A stretch of 64,000 nt of DNA, taken from assembly GCA_039588295.1 (NCBI GenBank), contig JBDHAB010000009.1, positions 22,603 to 86,602 of the forward strand, written 5' to 3'. Under the pieces are notes generated by a model, which did not search any database, was not told the DNA's origin, and saw nothing but the letters and a program-made list of their open reading frames with translations. This document shows positions 27,943 to 38,006 of the stretch, in pieces. The translations under genes and the position numbers were made by a program. This DNA is from Gemmatimonadota bacterium. Lineage in GTDB: Bacteria > Gemmatimonadota > Gemmatimonadetes > Gemmatimonadales > GWC2-71-9. Within the stretch, counting starts at the first letter, position 1. Each line of letters begins with the position of its first letter.

Positions 27943-28803
27943 TCAGCTTCCTGAGGGCGGGCCGCTGTTGACCCGCAGCTCCTTGACTCGTATCTCGACG
28001 GTCATCTCGCCGCCTTCGCTGGCCATCATCTGTTCCATCGCCTCGATCTGCTTGGCCACCATCTGTTCCATCATCTTGCGCTGCGCCTCAGGCATCTGCT
28101 CCATTTGGCGCTTCATCTCAGCCATCTGCTCGCGTATCTCCGCCCGTTTCGCATCGTCCATTCCAGCTGCTTCGTCCCAGCCCTTCACCCTGGTCGTGAT
28201 GAGAAACGGGTGAAGCATACCATCCACCTCACGGTAATCCGTGAAATCCGACGTGCTCGCAACCGCGTGGGTCTTGCCCTCCGAGGTCAGCTCGCCCTCG
28301 ATCACGAGTCGCTGTACGACCATGTCATCGGTGTCGACGAAAAACGTGCCGGTCTGCGGACGAAAATCGTCGTCCTCCTCGGTCGCTTGCGCGCCAAAAT
28401 CGATTTCGTCCAAGTTCGATACCGTGATGACGTGCACTTCGGTGCCATTGACTTGATCTCGGCCATTATACCGGGCGTGTTCCACCATTTGCGGAACCAG
28501 CGAGTAGAACTCCTCCCAGTCGCCTTCGTCGCTTTCCGTTGCCGGCATCGCCATGCCGCCCACAACGGTGCTTCGCAGGTGAAAGACCGGGCGCCCGTTC
28601 GTCATCTCCTTCTCGAAGTACATGACGGTCTCGGTTCCCATGACCTCCTGAACCACTGTGTAGTTCTGCACGCCCGCTGTGCGGCTCTGGTATGCCTCGA
28701 GCATGCGATTGATAACGTCCGCGGCAGACTGCGCCCGTGCGCTGGATGCGAGGACGAGCGCGAATGTGAGCGATGAAGTAACAACACGGGCAACCTTACG
28801 CAT
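27943..28803 (-). CDS. Hypothetical secreted protein (LolA-like beta region plus Met/Gln-rich coiled coil)
   Basis: GGAGG RBS, signal peptide ending ARA-Q, DYREVDG motif and QMEQMPEAQRKMMEQM helix. Confidence 0.75.
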   Translation of the reverse strand: MRKVARVVTSSLTFALVLASSARAQSAADVINRMLEAYQSRTAGVQNYTVVQEVMGTETVMYFEKEMTNGRPVFHLRSTVVGGMAMPATESDEGDWEEFYSLVPQMVEHARYNGRDQVNGTEVHVITVSNLDEIDFGAQATEEDDDFRPQTGTFFVDTDDMVVQRLVIEGELTSEGKTHAVASTSDFTDYREVDGMLHPFLITTRVKGWDEAAGMDDAKRAEIREQMAEMKRQMEQMPEAQRKMMEQMVAKQIEAMEQMMASEGGEMTVEIRVKELRVNSGPPSGS

Positions 28804-28992
28804 GAACCCTCCTATAGTGCCATGGGATGACGAAGAGCGAATCATAGCGACGGTGCGGGCGAAGGACCAGGACGGAGGCCTACGGGATCCCGGGAGTGTC
28901 GATCGGTACGGCCGCCGGAGGTGGCGCCGCCTGACCACGTTTCCCTCATTGCTCTCACGTCACCACCTCGCTCTGGAAATACCGGCCGGGTT

Positions 28993-31017
28993 CTACCGCC
29001 CGCTGTCCTCCGACACCGGGCGCTCACCCCGGCTGTGCTTCTCGAACCAGCCGCGGAGATAGAGTTGTGTCCGCAGGAAGTTCGATGGTTTCCTGGACGT
29101 TCCGTGCCATTCGTCTTTGAAGCGCACCATGGCAGTGGGAACTTTCCGGTAGCGCAGCGCCTGGTAGTACTCCTCGGTTTGCGGCATCGGAGTCCGGAGA
29201 TCGTTCTCGCCCGTCATCAGCATGGTCGGAGTCGTCACGTTGCCCACGTACATGATCGGTGAACGGCGCAAGTGTTCCGACGGGTCTTCCCAGGGGAGTT
29301 GGTCGAAGTTGCGATACCAGCTCGCGCCGTCGGTCGTGCCGACGAACGACATCCAGTTTGTGACTGGACAGTTGGCGGACGCAGCGGCAAATCGGTCCGT
29401 ATGGCCCACGATCCACGAGGTCAGCACCCCGCCGCCGGAGCATCCGTACACGAAGAGGTTATCGGGATCGACGTAGCCACGGGTGATCACGGTGTCGACA
29501 CCAGTCATCAGGTCGTCGAAGTCCCTACCGGGATACGCACGCTTGATCTCGTTGCCAAACGCACTGCCATATCCTGAGCTGCCGCGCGGGTTGATGTACA
29601 GCACGACGTAGCCGTTCGCCGCATGTTCCTGCCAGGCGAAATTGAAACCCACGCCGTACATCCCGTGTGGTCCCCCGTGAATCGACAGCATCATGGGGTA
29701 GTCCGTGGAGGCATCGAAATCAGGTGGCTTGACGACCCAGGCCTGAATCCGCAGTCCGTCAACCGAGGGGTACCAGATCTCCTCCACCTCGCCGAGTCGT
29801 CTTCCCAGAAGAACGTCGGCGTTGACATCGGTCAATTGACGGAACTCCGGCCGGCGGAGGTCAAACGCCACGACGTCTCCCGGCTCGTGTGGGCTCGTGA
29901 GCGTGCCGACCGCCATACGACCATCGGTCATGCTGGTCATTCGCACGCGATGATTGCCTCGGGTCACCTGCCGCACGCCACCCTGTACGGATGCGAAGTA
30001 CACGTTGGTCGTTCCCGCATCGTTCGCCGAGAAGTAGACACCGCTGTTGTCGGGAGCCCACCGCATGCCAGAGGGTTGGCGATCGAAGTCACCGGAGATC
30101 ATCCGCGAGCCGGAGCCGTCGACGTTCATGACGTAGATCTTGTTCGTGATGTAGGTGTCATCAGTCCAGTCGTATCCGGTGTAGGCCACGAATCGCCCGT
30201 CGGGTGAGGCCTCAGGGTTCCCGTCTGGTCCACGGCGGTCGGTCAAATCGCGGATCGCGCCGGTCGCGACGTTGACCGCATAGATCTCTGACTCGCGCCA
30301 CTCATGCTCCGCATCCTCGGTGCGCAGGCCCGAGAACAGGATCTCTTGGCCGTTCGGCGTCCAGGACGGTGACCCGTGGTTCCAGTCGCCGTCGGTCAGC
30401 TGTCGTGGCGTTCCGCCGGTCGCGGGGACCACGAAGATGTGGTTGTAGCCATCGTCGATGTAGCCGACACGATCGCGCCGATAGCGCAGGCGGGTGACGA
30501 CCTTTGGCTCGGCGGTCCACTTGGCGCCTTCGGGGCGGGCGGGGAGCTTGACGCGCCAGGTGTCCCGCTCCGGCACGCTCATCGAGAACGCCAGGGAGTT
30601 GCCGTCGGGCGCCCAGCGAATCGATCGCGGCGACTTATCGACATGCGTGATCTGTGAGGTCGCACCCTCCGCATCCATCCAACGGACGAAGATCTGATTC
30701 CCCTTCGGGTCTCCGCTTCGTGTGAAAGCGATTCGCGTACCGTCCGGAGACCAGCGGGCCGACGAGCCGTTGGTCAGGTATCGGTTCCGGCTGCCGTCGA
30801 GGTTCATGATCCAGAGGTCGGAGTCCCATCGGTCGTTGACCTTGTCGATCCGGCTCCGCGTGTAGATGATCTGGCGACCGTCGGGCGAGATCTGCGGGTC
30901 GCTGACACGCTCCCAGTCGAGGAAGGTCGAGAGCTCCAGTGTGTTGGACTGCTGTGCCGTAACGGGGCCGACGGTGAGCACCGTCAGCGCGACGAGCACC
31001 GATGTGTGGCGGACCAT
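28993..31017 (-). CDS. S9C acylaminoacyl-peptidase family serine peptidase, secreted
   Basis: PD40-like repeats (SPDG, WSPDG), IHGGPH, NPRGS, GCSGGG, DLRTP and EWHG. Confidence 0.92.
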   Translation of the reverse strand: MVRHTSVLVALTVLTVGPVTAQQSNTLELSTFLDWERVSDPQISPDGRQIIYTRSRIDKVNDRWDSDLWIMNLDGSRNRYLTNGSSARWSPDGTRIAFTRSGDPKGNQIFVRWMDAEGATSQITHVDKSPRSIRWAPDGNSLAFSMSVPERDTWRVKLPARPEGAKWTAEPKVVTRLRYRRDRVGYIDDGYNHIFVVPATGGTPRQLTDGDWNHGSPSWTPNGQEILFSGLRTEDAEHEWRESEIYAVNVATGAIRDLTDRRGPDGNPEASPDGRFVAYTGYDWTDDTYITNKIYVMNVDGSGSRMISGDFDRQPSGMRWAPDNSGVYFSANDAGTTNVYFASVQGGVRQVTRGNHRVRMTSMTDGRMAVGTLTSPHEPGDVVAFDLRRPEFRQLTDVNADVLLGRRLGEVEEIWYPSVDGLRIQAWVVKPPDFDASTDYPMMLSIHGGPHGMYGVGFNFAWQEHAANGYVVLYINPRGSSGYGSAFGNEIKRAYPGRDFDDLMTGVDTVITRGYVDPDNLFVYGCSGGGVLTSWIVGHTDRFAAASANCPVTNWMSFVGTTDGASWYRNFDQLPWEDPSEHLRRSPIMYVGNVTTPTMLMTGENDLRTPMPQTEEYYQALRYRKVPTAMVRFKDEWHGTSRKPSNFLRTQLYLRGWFEKHSRGERPVSEDSGR

Positions 31018-31285
31018 GGCTGCCTCCGGGTGTTCGCACTCGTGCGGTTCGTCCAACAAGATGGCGGGAGGCCCCCACCAGGGCCAGCGGGACACTGTGG
31101 GCTCCGAAGCGACTCATCGTGGACCTGTTCTACCCACGCCGTCGTGGGGCTGTCAGTGACGCGAGTCATGGGGTATCATTAATCCCTACTAAACAGATCC
31201 CCTATTGCCGGGTCCCGATACGCGCGGGCGGGACCCCCGAAGGCTTCTGGCCCACAGCGGCTGTCCGCGTACAAGGAGCAGAGCT

Positions 31286-31918
31286 ATGGCTATCCGATTG
31301 GGCGACAGCGCCCCCGACTTCACGGCCGAAACCACCGACGGAACGATCAACTTCCATGAGTGGAAGGGAGGCAGCTGGGCCGTGCTGTTCTCGCACCCGA
31401 AGGATTTCACCCCTGTCTGCACGACGGAACTGGGCAGGGTTGCCGGGCTCAAGCGTGAATTCGAGAAACGGAACACGAAGGTGATCGGTCTGAGCGTCGA
31501 TCCGCTGGACAGCCACAGGGGCTGGGTGCAGGACATCGAGGATGTCACCGGCAACGCGCTGAACTTCCCGCTCATCGCGGATCACGATCGCAAGATCTCC
31601 GATCTGTATGACATGATCCACCCGAACGCGGACAACACGCAGACCGTCCGATCGGTGTTCGTCGTCGGTCCCGACAATAAGGTGAAGCTGTCGCTCACCT
31701 ACCCGGCGAGCACCGGCCGAAACTTCGATGAGCTGTTACGGACCATCGACTCGCTGCAGCTCACCGCCAACCACGCCGTGGCCACACCGGCGGACTGGAA
31801 AGACGGTGAGGACGTGATCATCGGCACGGGTGTCACCGACGAAGAGGCTCACAAGAAGTTTCCTGGCTTCGAGGCGAAGAAGCCGTACCTGCGAGTCATC
31901 AAACAACCGAAGAACTAA
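31286..31918 (+). CDS. 1-Cys peroxiredoxin (Prx6 subfamily)
   Basis: FSHPKDFTPVCTTE, YPASTGRNFDE and ATPADW; AAGGAG RBS. Confidence 0.95.
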   Translation: MAIRLGDSAPDFTAETTDGTINFHEWKGGSWAVLFSHPKDFTPVCTTELGRVAGLKREFEKRNTKVIGLSVDPLDSHRGWVQDIEDVTGNALNFPLIADHDRKISDLYDMIHPNADNTQTVRSVFVVGPDNKVKLSLTYPASTGRNFDELLRTIDSLQLTANHAVATPADWKDGEDVIIGTGVTDEEAHKKFPGFEAKKPYLRVIKQPKN

Positions 31919-31943
31919 GCAGGCGAGAGCTTGGTCTGGAGCG

Positions 31944-31967
31944 ACGGGGAGCGGGCACGCTCCCCGT
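31944..31967 (+). terminator. Hairpin downstream of the peroxiredoxin gene
   Basis: ACGGGGAGCG-GGCA-CGCTCCCCGT followed by a pyrimidine-rich tract. Confidence 0.55.
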
Positions 31968-32038
31968 TCTCCATTCCCGTTACAACAAACATGTACATTG
32001 CTTCCGAATGGGAGAGTTCCTTGGAGGGCTAGGAAACG

Positions 32039-33205
32039 ATGTCCAACACTTCCAGCGCACCAGAAGTATCGAGCGTGCGGCTCGCGCGTGCGCTCGAATT
32101 GGGCGAGCCGGTGCAGCTGGTCGACGTTCGGGCTCCGGCTCGCGTGGCGACGGGCCGCATCGATCTCGTGCCCGACGAACACTTCCATAACATCGTGGGA
32201 TCTCAGCTCGTGAAGACTGCGAGCCTGGACGGGACCGGCATCGATCCAGCCGTGCCGGTCACGGTGGTCTGCGGGCACGGAAACGATAGCAAGGTGCTCG
32301 CGGTCCACTTGAATCGTCTCGGGTGTCAGGCCAGCTCACTCGCCGGTGGAATGACCGCCTGGATGATGCTGGCTCTTGCGCGGGACCTGGACACGCCTGC
32401 ATCCCTCGATCGGCTGATCCAGTTCGATCGCATCGGGAAGGGCGCGTTGGGCTACCTGCTCATCAGCGAAGGTGAGGCGCTGATCGTGGATCCGCCGCGT
32501 GACGTTGTGGCATACCTGCAGGCGGCACGGGATGCGAGTGCCAAGGTGGTCGGGGTTGCCGACACGCACGTGCACGCGGACTACATCAGTGGGGCGCCCA
32601 CACTCAGTCGGGCGCTCGGCGTGCCGTATTGTCTGCACCCGGCCGACGCGGTGTATCCCTATGACGGCACCCCGGGGCAGCTCCAGTTTCACGCGCTCGA
32701 GGAGGGCGGCACGATCCAATTCGGCCGCTGCACCGTGCGCGCCATGCACACGCCGGGACACACCGAGGGAAGTCTCACGTACCTGATTGACGATGCGGTC
32801 GCGCTGACCGGCGATTTCATCTTCGTAAGCTCGGTGGGGCGTCCCGACCTGGCCGGCAAGGCGAGCGAGTGGACGGCTGACCTGTGGGACAGTCTCGAGC
32901 GTGCCAAACGCGAGTGGTCACCCGAGGTGATGGTCTATCCCGCGCACTACGGATCGGACGCCGAGCGCCGCGCCAATCGCGCGGTGGGAGAGCGGTTCGA
33001 ACGGCTGCCCGAGGCGAATGCGGTAATGCGCTTCACCGACCGTGACGCGTTTACGGCGTGGGTCGAGAACCAGACCGCGTCGTTCCCCGAGGCGTACCGC
33101 AAGATCAAGGCGGTGAACGTGGGCTTGCTACCGGTCGACGAGCGCGAGGCAGATGAGCTCGAGGTCGGGAAGAACGAGTGTGCGCTGGGGGGAGCGGTAG
33201 CATGA
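32039..33205 (+). CDS. Rhodanese + MBL-fold persulfide dioxygenase fusion (YrkH-like order)
   Basis: N-terminal DVR...VVCGHGNDS...LAGGMTAW; MBL motifs THVHADYISG, TPGHT, TGD, GRPDL and PAH. Confidence 0.88.
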   Translation: MSNTSSAPEVSSVRLARALELGEPVQLVDVRAPARVATGRIDLVPDEHFHNIVGSQLVKTASLDGTGIDPAVPVTVVCGHGNDSKVLAVHLNRLGCQASSLAGGMTAWMMLALARDLDTPASLDRLIQFDRIGKGALGYLLISEGEALIVDPPRDVVAYLQAARDASAKVVGVADTHVHADYISGAPTLSRALGVPYCLHPADAVYPYDGTPGQLQFHALEEGGTIQFGRCTVRAMHTPGHTEGSLTYLIDDAVALTGDFIFVSSVGRPDLAGKASEWTADLWDSLERAKREWSPEVMVYPAHYGSDAERRANRAVGERFERLPEANAVMRFTDRDAFTAWVENQTASFPEAYRKIKAVNVGLLPVDEREADELEVGKNECALGGAVA

Positions 33206-34347
33206 CACGCACGCTCATCCTCGGCGGCGGCTTCGGTGGCATCACAGTCGCCACGGAGCTTCGGCGTCACCTCGGTGACGATCACGAGATCGTACTCGTG
33301 GATCGCCGCGAGCAGTTTGCCATGGGGCTCCGCAAGCTGTGGGCACTCGTCGGGATCGGGAGCTACGAGGAGGGCTCTCGTCCCCGCCAGCGCCTGAGTC
33401 AACATGGCGTCCGATTCCTTCACCGCCAGGTCACCAACATCGATCCCGTGAAACGCCGGGTCGCAACCGATCGGGAGACGCTCGAGGGGGACTACCTCGT
33501 CGTCGCACTCGGTGCAGAACCGCGGCCCGATTTGGTGCCTGGGCTCGCTGAGCACGCGTACAACGCGTGGGACGAGGGAGCAGTCCCGGGGTTGGCGACC
33601 GCGATCGGACGTTTCACCGGGGGCCGCATTGCGATCGTGATCGCCGGCGTGCCCTACACGTGCCCGCCCGCGCCGTTCGAATGCTCGATGCTGCTGGACG
33701 ATCATCTGCGGGAGCGTGGGTTGCGCGATCGAACCGAGATCACGGTGGCGACTCTGCAACCGATGCTGTTGCCCAATGCGGGCAAGGAAGGCTCGGCCTG
33801 GCTCGCGGACCAACTCGGGGCGCGCGGGATCGAGTTCCACGTGAAGCGGAGGGTCGAGCGCGTGGAGCCGGGACACATCGTGTTTACGGATGGTGACCTC
33901 GAGAGCGATGTCGTTATCGGCGTGCCGCCGCACCGGGTGCCGGCGGTGGTCACGGCGAGCGGTCTGACCGGGGACGGGGAGTGGATTGCGGTCGATCCCG
34001 CGACCCTAGAGACCGACCATGAGAACGTGTTCGCGGTCGGCGACGTCACACAGATCAAGCTGGCGAACGGACTCCCGCTCCCTAAGGCGGGTGTCATGGC
34101 GGAGCTTGAAGGCCAGCGTGTGGCGGCGGCGATCGCGGCGGACGTGCGTGGCGAGGCGTCGCCCCGGGCGTTCGACGGCCGGGGCTATTGCTTCATTGAA
34201 ATGGGAAAGACGAAGGCGACGCTCGTCGAAGGTGACTTCTTTGCCACGCCCGAACCCCGGATCGCGCTCAAGGACGTCTCTGCCGAGTACGCGGCACAAA
34301 AACGCCAGTTCGAAGCGGAGCGCTTGGCACGCTGGTTCGGGAAGTAA
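33202..34347 (+). CDS. Sulfide:quinone oxidoreductase-like FAD-dependent oxidoreductase
   Basis: ILGGGFGG, YTCPPAPFE, FAVGD, LPKAG and YCFIE (two catalytic Cys); ATGA-coupled to the dioxygenase gene. Confidence 0.85.
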   Translation: MTRTLILGGGFGGITVATELRRHLGDDHEIVLVDRREQFAMGLRKLWALVGIGSYEEGSRPRQRLSQHGVRFLHRQVTNIDPVKRRVATDRETLEGDYLVVALGAEPRPDLVPGLAEHAYNAWDEGAVPGLATAIGRFTGGRIAIVIAGVPYTCPPAPFECSMLLDDHLRERGLRDRTEITVATLQPMLLPNAGKEGSAWLADQLGARGIEFHVKRRVERVEPGHIVFTDGDLESDVVIGVPPHRVPAVVTASGLTGDGEWIAVDPATLETDHENVFAVGDVTQIKLANGLPLPKAGVMAELEGQRVAAAIAADVRGEASPRAFDGRGYCFIEMGKTKATLVEGDFFATPEPRIALKDVSAEYAAQKRQFEAERLARWFGK

Positions 34348-34492
34348 CCGGGAGCGGCACTCGCGTTGCAGGCCGGAGGGCGGCGTCGTAGCAGCGCGCT
34401 CACGGCGACACGGAGGGCTCCGCGGTAGATTCCCTCATCCTTGTCGATCCGCCGATCCGCCGCGCCAACCACGGAATCACATCGCCCGAGCC

Positions 34493-34987
34493 ATGTCACA
34501 CAGCCCACACGCTATCCAAGACTACTACCCGGAGGACGTCGCCCAGTGCTACGGTTGTGGCCGGCTCAACTCGCACGGTCATCAGCTCAAGAGTCACTGG
34601 GACGGTGATGAGACCGTGGCGACGTTCGTACCGCAGCCCTACCACACGGCGATTCCCGGGTACGTGTACGGTGGTCTGATCGCCTCCCTGATCGACTGCC
34701 ATGGAACCGGCACGGCGGCGGCCGTTGCCGCGCGGATGGAAGGTTTCGACATCGAAGCGGCGCAGGTCTCGATCGATCGGGTGCCGCGCTTCGTCACGGC
34801 AGCGCTCAACGTCGAGTATCTTCGACCGACACCGCTCGGCCCGGTCTTGGAAATGCGGGGGACGGTGAGACAGGTGACCGAGCGAAAGATTGTGGTGGAC
34901 GCCACGGTTTCGGCGGACGGTGTGCTCACCGCTCGCGGGAGGGTGGTGGCCGTGCGCATGCCCGAGCATATGGTTGGCAGGGGATAA
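34493..34987 (+). CDS. PaaI-family hot-dog thioesterase
   Basis: CYGCG..N..G, YGGLIASLIDCH and VTAALNVEYLRPTP. Confidence 0.88.
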   Translation: MSHSPHAIQDYYPEDVAQCYGCGRLNSHGHQLKSHWDGDETVATFVPQPYHTAIPGYVYGGLIASLIDCHGTGTAAAVAARMEGFDIEAAQVSIDRVPRFVTAALNVEYLRPTPLGPVLEMRGTVRQVTERKIVVDATVSADGVLTARGRVVAVRMPEHMVGRG

Positions 34988-35008
34988 GGGATAAGGGATA
35001 AGGGATAA
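34981..35008 (+). repeat. Heptamer tandem repeat (GGGATAA)x4
   Basis: Read directly. The first unit contains the thioesterase stop codon. Confidence 0.9.
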
Positions 35009-35063
35009 GGGGTGCCCCCGGGTATCACGTTGAATCGACCGAGAGGATACTGGGACCCGTGAC

Positions 35064-35966
35064 ATGACTGAGCGTCGAGTGGATTCACAAGAGTACTTTC
35101 GACCGACGCGTGCCCTGTCGGTCGTGATCGTACCACTGTTCTTAGTGCTGGCCGCGTCGCAGTTCACCGTGCCGTGGGGCGAAGGTGCGGTGTACCGGCC
35201 AGCGTCGGCGATATGGGGCATGAACGGCCATCGCGTCGTGGCGGCGATCGCCGAGCGTCATCTGCTGCCCATCACGCGCCTCCGCATCACGGAGTTGATC
35301 GGCCCGTACTCCTTGGCGCAGATCGGGAATTGGGCCGACTGGTATCGGGGACGACCCGAAGGGCAGCACACGGCCACGTGGCATTACGTCAACATTCCGC
35401 CGGGTGAGGAGTATGCCGAGCCGGACTCGGAGACGCCGCGGGATCTCGTGCAGGCGATGCGGCTCCAGGAGCGGATACTCGGTGACGCCGGGCGCTCGCG
35501 AGAGGAGCGCGCGGTGGCGCTCAAGCTCTTGGTGCACTTCATCGGCGACGCACATCAGCCGCTTCACGCAGGCTATGCGGCGGACCGCGGCGGCAACCTC
35601 GTGCAGGTCCGCTGGTTCGGCATGGTCACCAACCTGCATAGCGTCTGGGATTCGCACCTCGTTGAGCACCAGCGTCTCAGCTACACCGAGTACGTCGATT
35701 TCCTCGACTTCGCATCGGCGGAAGACATCGGTGCATGGAGCGACTCACGCTATCTGGACTGGATCGAGGAATCGCGGGCGCTGCTTAACCAGGCGTACGC
35801 ACCGATCCGCTCCGTGGAGCAGGACGAGATTCCCGATCTCGGTTGGGACTACGTCAACGCGATGACCCCAGTGTTCGAGCGGCGGTTGCTGCAAGGGGGC
35901 ATTCGGTTGGCCGGTGTATTGAACCGGGTGTTGGGGGGGGTGGTACGACCGGCACCTGAGCATTAG
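35064..35966 (+). CDS. S1/P1 nuclease, secreted
   Basis: WG..GH, WAD, WHYVN, HFIGDAHQPLH, DRGGN and NLHSVWD. Confidence 0.93.
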   Translation: MTERRVDSQEYFRPTRALSVVIVPLFLVLAASQFTVPWGEGAVYRPASAIWGMNGHRVVAAIAERHLLPITRLRITELIGPYSLAQIGNWADWYRGRPEGQHTATWHYVNIPPGEEYAEPDSETPRDLVQAMRLQERILGDAGRSREERAVALKLLVHFIGDAHQPLHAGYAADRGGNLVQVRWFGMVTNLHSVWDSHLVEHQRLSYTEYVDFLDFASAEDIGAWSDSRYLDWIEESRALLNQAYAPIRSVEQDEIPDLGWDYVNAMTPVFERRLLQGGIRLAGVLNRVLGGVVRPAPEH

Positions 35967-36014
35967 TGGAGCGCGGCCCCGGCCGGGCACGCGTCGCGAA
36001 CAGCGGAGGGGACG

Positions 36015-38006
36015 ATGTCTAGCGCAACGTTGACTCGCGGTTCACCTGTCATACGGTCCGTCGTGCTCGCAGCGGCGCTGAGCGGTGGTCTCATCCCTGG
36101 TGCCGAACTTGTCGCGCAGCAGCTCGAAGTCCCGGACATCCTCGAGCCCCACATCACGTTTCTCTCAAGCGCTCCCGCGATCGACGGTATTCTGGATCAG
36201 GACCTCGTTCGCCTGCTACCTCAGCGGGAGTTTGCCTTCACCCACGTGGGGGACGAGTACTATGCGATGGGGGATGCTGCCGAGAGCCCAGATGCTCCGG
36301 CCAGTTACCGGCTCGGGTACGGAACGGATTTCTTCTACGTGTACGTGGAGGCTGAGGCCGACAAGCTCACCTTCCGGGACCGCGCCTATCAGAACGGCGA
36401 CGGGTTCAGCCTGGTACTCGCCGTTCCCCGACCGGGCAATGCTCCCACCGACGAGTTCTACGTCCTCTCATGCTCGGCGGTGAATCAGCGGCGGATGGAG
36501 TGGACCAGGCGCGTGTTCTGGTACTACAACGTCGACGACATCTTCGTGCGTACCAGCGATGAGACCAGGTTGGAATTCCGCGAGGGCGACGGGGAGATCA
36601 GCTTCGAGCTGTACCTGCCGTGGAAGGATGTCCATCCGTACCACCCTTGGCTCTCGGACGGCATCGGCTTCAACCTGCGCTTCGTAAAGGCCATCGAGGA
36701 CGGAGGCAGGGACTTCTACCTCGTGGCTCCGTACTCTGTCGGCGCGGAGAACAGCAACCGGCAGTACCTGAGACTCGACTTCGAGACGCCGCGACTCGAG
36801 GGTGACGCGTCACAGACATTCGCGCTGGTCCAGCCGAACACGGTTGGCGCCGGCGACAGCCTGCGTGCGATGATCGCCACCGTATCCGATCGGCCCTTCA
36901 CTCAGGACATGCGCCTGGACGTGCGGTCGGGTGAGGGACAGACCGTGAAGGTCCACCGGCGGCAGTTGGATCATGAGGCTGGTCTCACGGTCAACGAGTT
37001 GACCGTGGATACCAAGGGCATTCCGCCGGGTGGCTACCGCATGGAGTGGCAGTCACAAACGAACGGCGCGCGAGTCGAGAAGGGACTCACGGTGTTGCCT
37101 CCGGTGGATCTGTTCGAGCTGGGCCGCCGACACACAACGGTCCGTAGCAGGCTCTCGGAAGGGAGCTACTCAACGATCGAATTCTATCTCCAGGAGATCG
37201 AGCAACAGCTCGCAGCCCTCAAGCCCTACGAGACCGCGGCCGCACAGAGGCTTCGGATGGTGCAGATCACCGACTATATGGAGCGGGCGCTCCGGGGCGA
37301 GGATGCGATCGCGGAGCGGAGGGAGTTCGTCCGCCGCGCGTATCGTTCGACGCTCGACAACACGTTGCAGCCGTATGTCGTGTGGGTCCCACCGGACTTC
37401 GATCCCGAGAAACGATATCCGCTCCTCGTGTTCCTCCATGGCAGCGCGTCTGATGAGACCAATATCGTGGGAGGCGGGAGGTTCATCCCGGACGGCTTCA
37501 TCGCCCTGGGTCCCAAAGGGCGAGGCCCGTCCAACGCCTGGAGCTGGGATCACGCTCAGGAGGATGTTGCAGAGTCGATCGATGCCGTGATCGCCAACTA
37601 CCCGATCGACACCGACAGGATCGTGCTTTCGGGCTTCTCGATGGGAGGGTACGGTGTGTACCGTACCTTTTACGAGACGCCGGACAAGTACAAAGCTGTG
37701 GTCGTGTTGAGCGGGGCGCCCAACCTTGCGAACCAGTATGCCGACGACGACAGGTTCCCGGACTTCAACCAGGATCGGTATCTCGAGGTGTTCGAAGGAA
37801 TCCCGATGTTCGTGTTCCATGGTCGCCGGGATCGGAACGTCCCGTTCGGGCCGACTGCCGCATTGGTTGACAAGCTCAAAGCGGTCGGTGCCAGCGTGGA
37901 ATTTCACGTGGAGGATGACAAGGGTCACGAGTCTCCAGGCGCCGAGACAGTCAGCGCGCTGCATCGGTGGCTGAGGCGCGTGCTCGGATTGGCGGAGCCG
38001 AAATGA
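36015..38006 (+). CDS. Secreted alpha/beta-hydrolase (esterase) with N-terminal CBM9/DOMON-like domain
   Basis: Signal peptide, PAIDG and FELYLPW beta domain; C-terminal LLVFLHG, GFSMGG, HG..D and GH. Confidence 0.8.
   Translation: MSSATLTRGSPVIRSVVLAAALSGGLIPGAELVAQQLEVPDILEPHITFLSSAPAIDGILDQDLVRLLPQREFAFTHVGDEYYAMGDAAESPDAPASYRLGYGTDFFYVYVEAEADKLTFRDRAYQNGDGFSLVLAVPRPGNAPTDEFYVLSCSAVNQRRMEWTRRVFWYYNVDDIFVRTSDETRLEFREGDGEISFELYLPWKDVHPYHPWLSDGIGFNLRFVKAIEDGGRDFYLVAPYSVGAENSNRQYLRLDFETPRLEGDASQTFALVQPNTVGAGDSLRAMIATVSDRPFTQDMRLDVRSGEGQTVKVHRRQLDHEAGLTVNELTVDTKGIPPGGYRMEWQSQTNGARVEKGLTVLPPVDLFELGRRHTTVRSRLSEGSYSTIEFYLQEIEQQLAALKPYETAAAQRLRMVQITDYMERALRGEDAIAERREFVRRAYRSTLDNTLQPYVVWVPPDFDPEKRYPLLVFLHGSASDETNIVGGGRFIPDGFIALGPKGRGPSNAWSWDHAQEDVAESIDAVIANYPIDTDRIVLSGFSMGGYGVYRTFYETPDKYKAVVVLSGAPNLANQYADDDRFPDFNQDRYLEVFEGIPMFVFHGRRDRNVPFGPTAALVDKLKAVGASVEFHVEDDKGHESPGAETVSALHRWLRRVLGLAEPK

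Noticed and set aside
34981..35008. CRISPR array
   Set aside because: It is a 7-bp tandem repeat with no spacers, and there are no cas genes.
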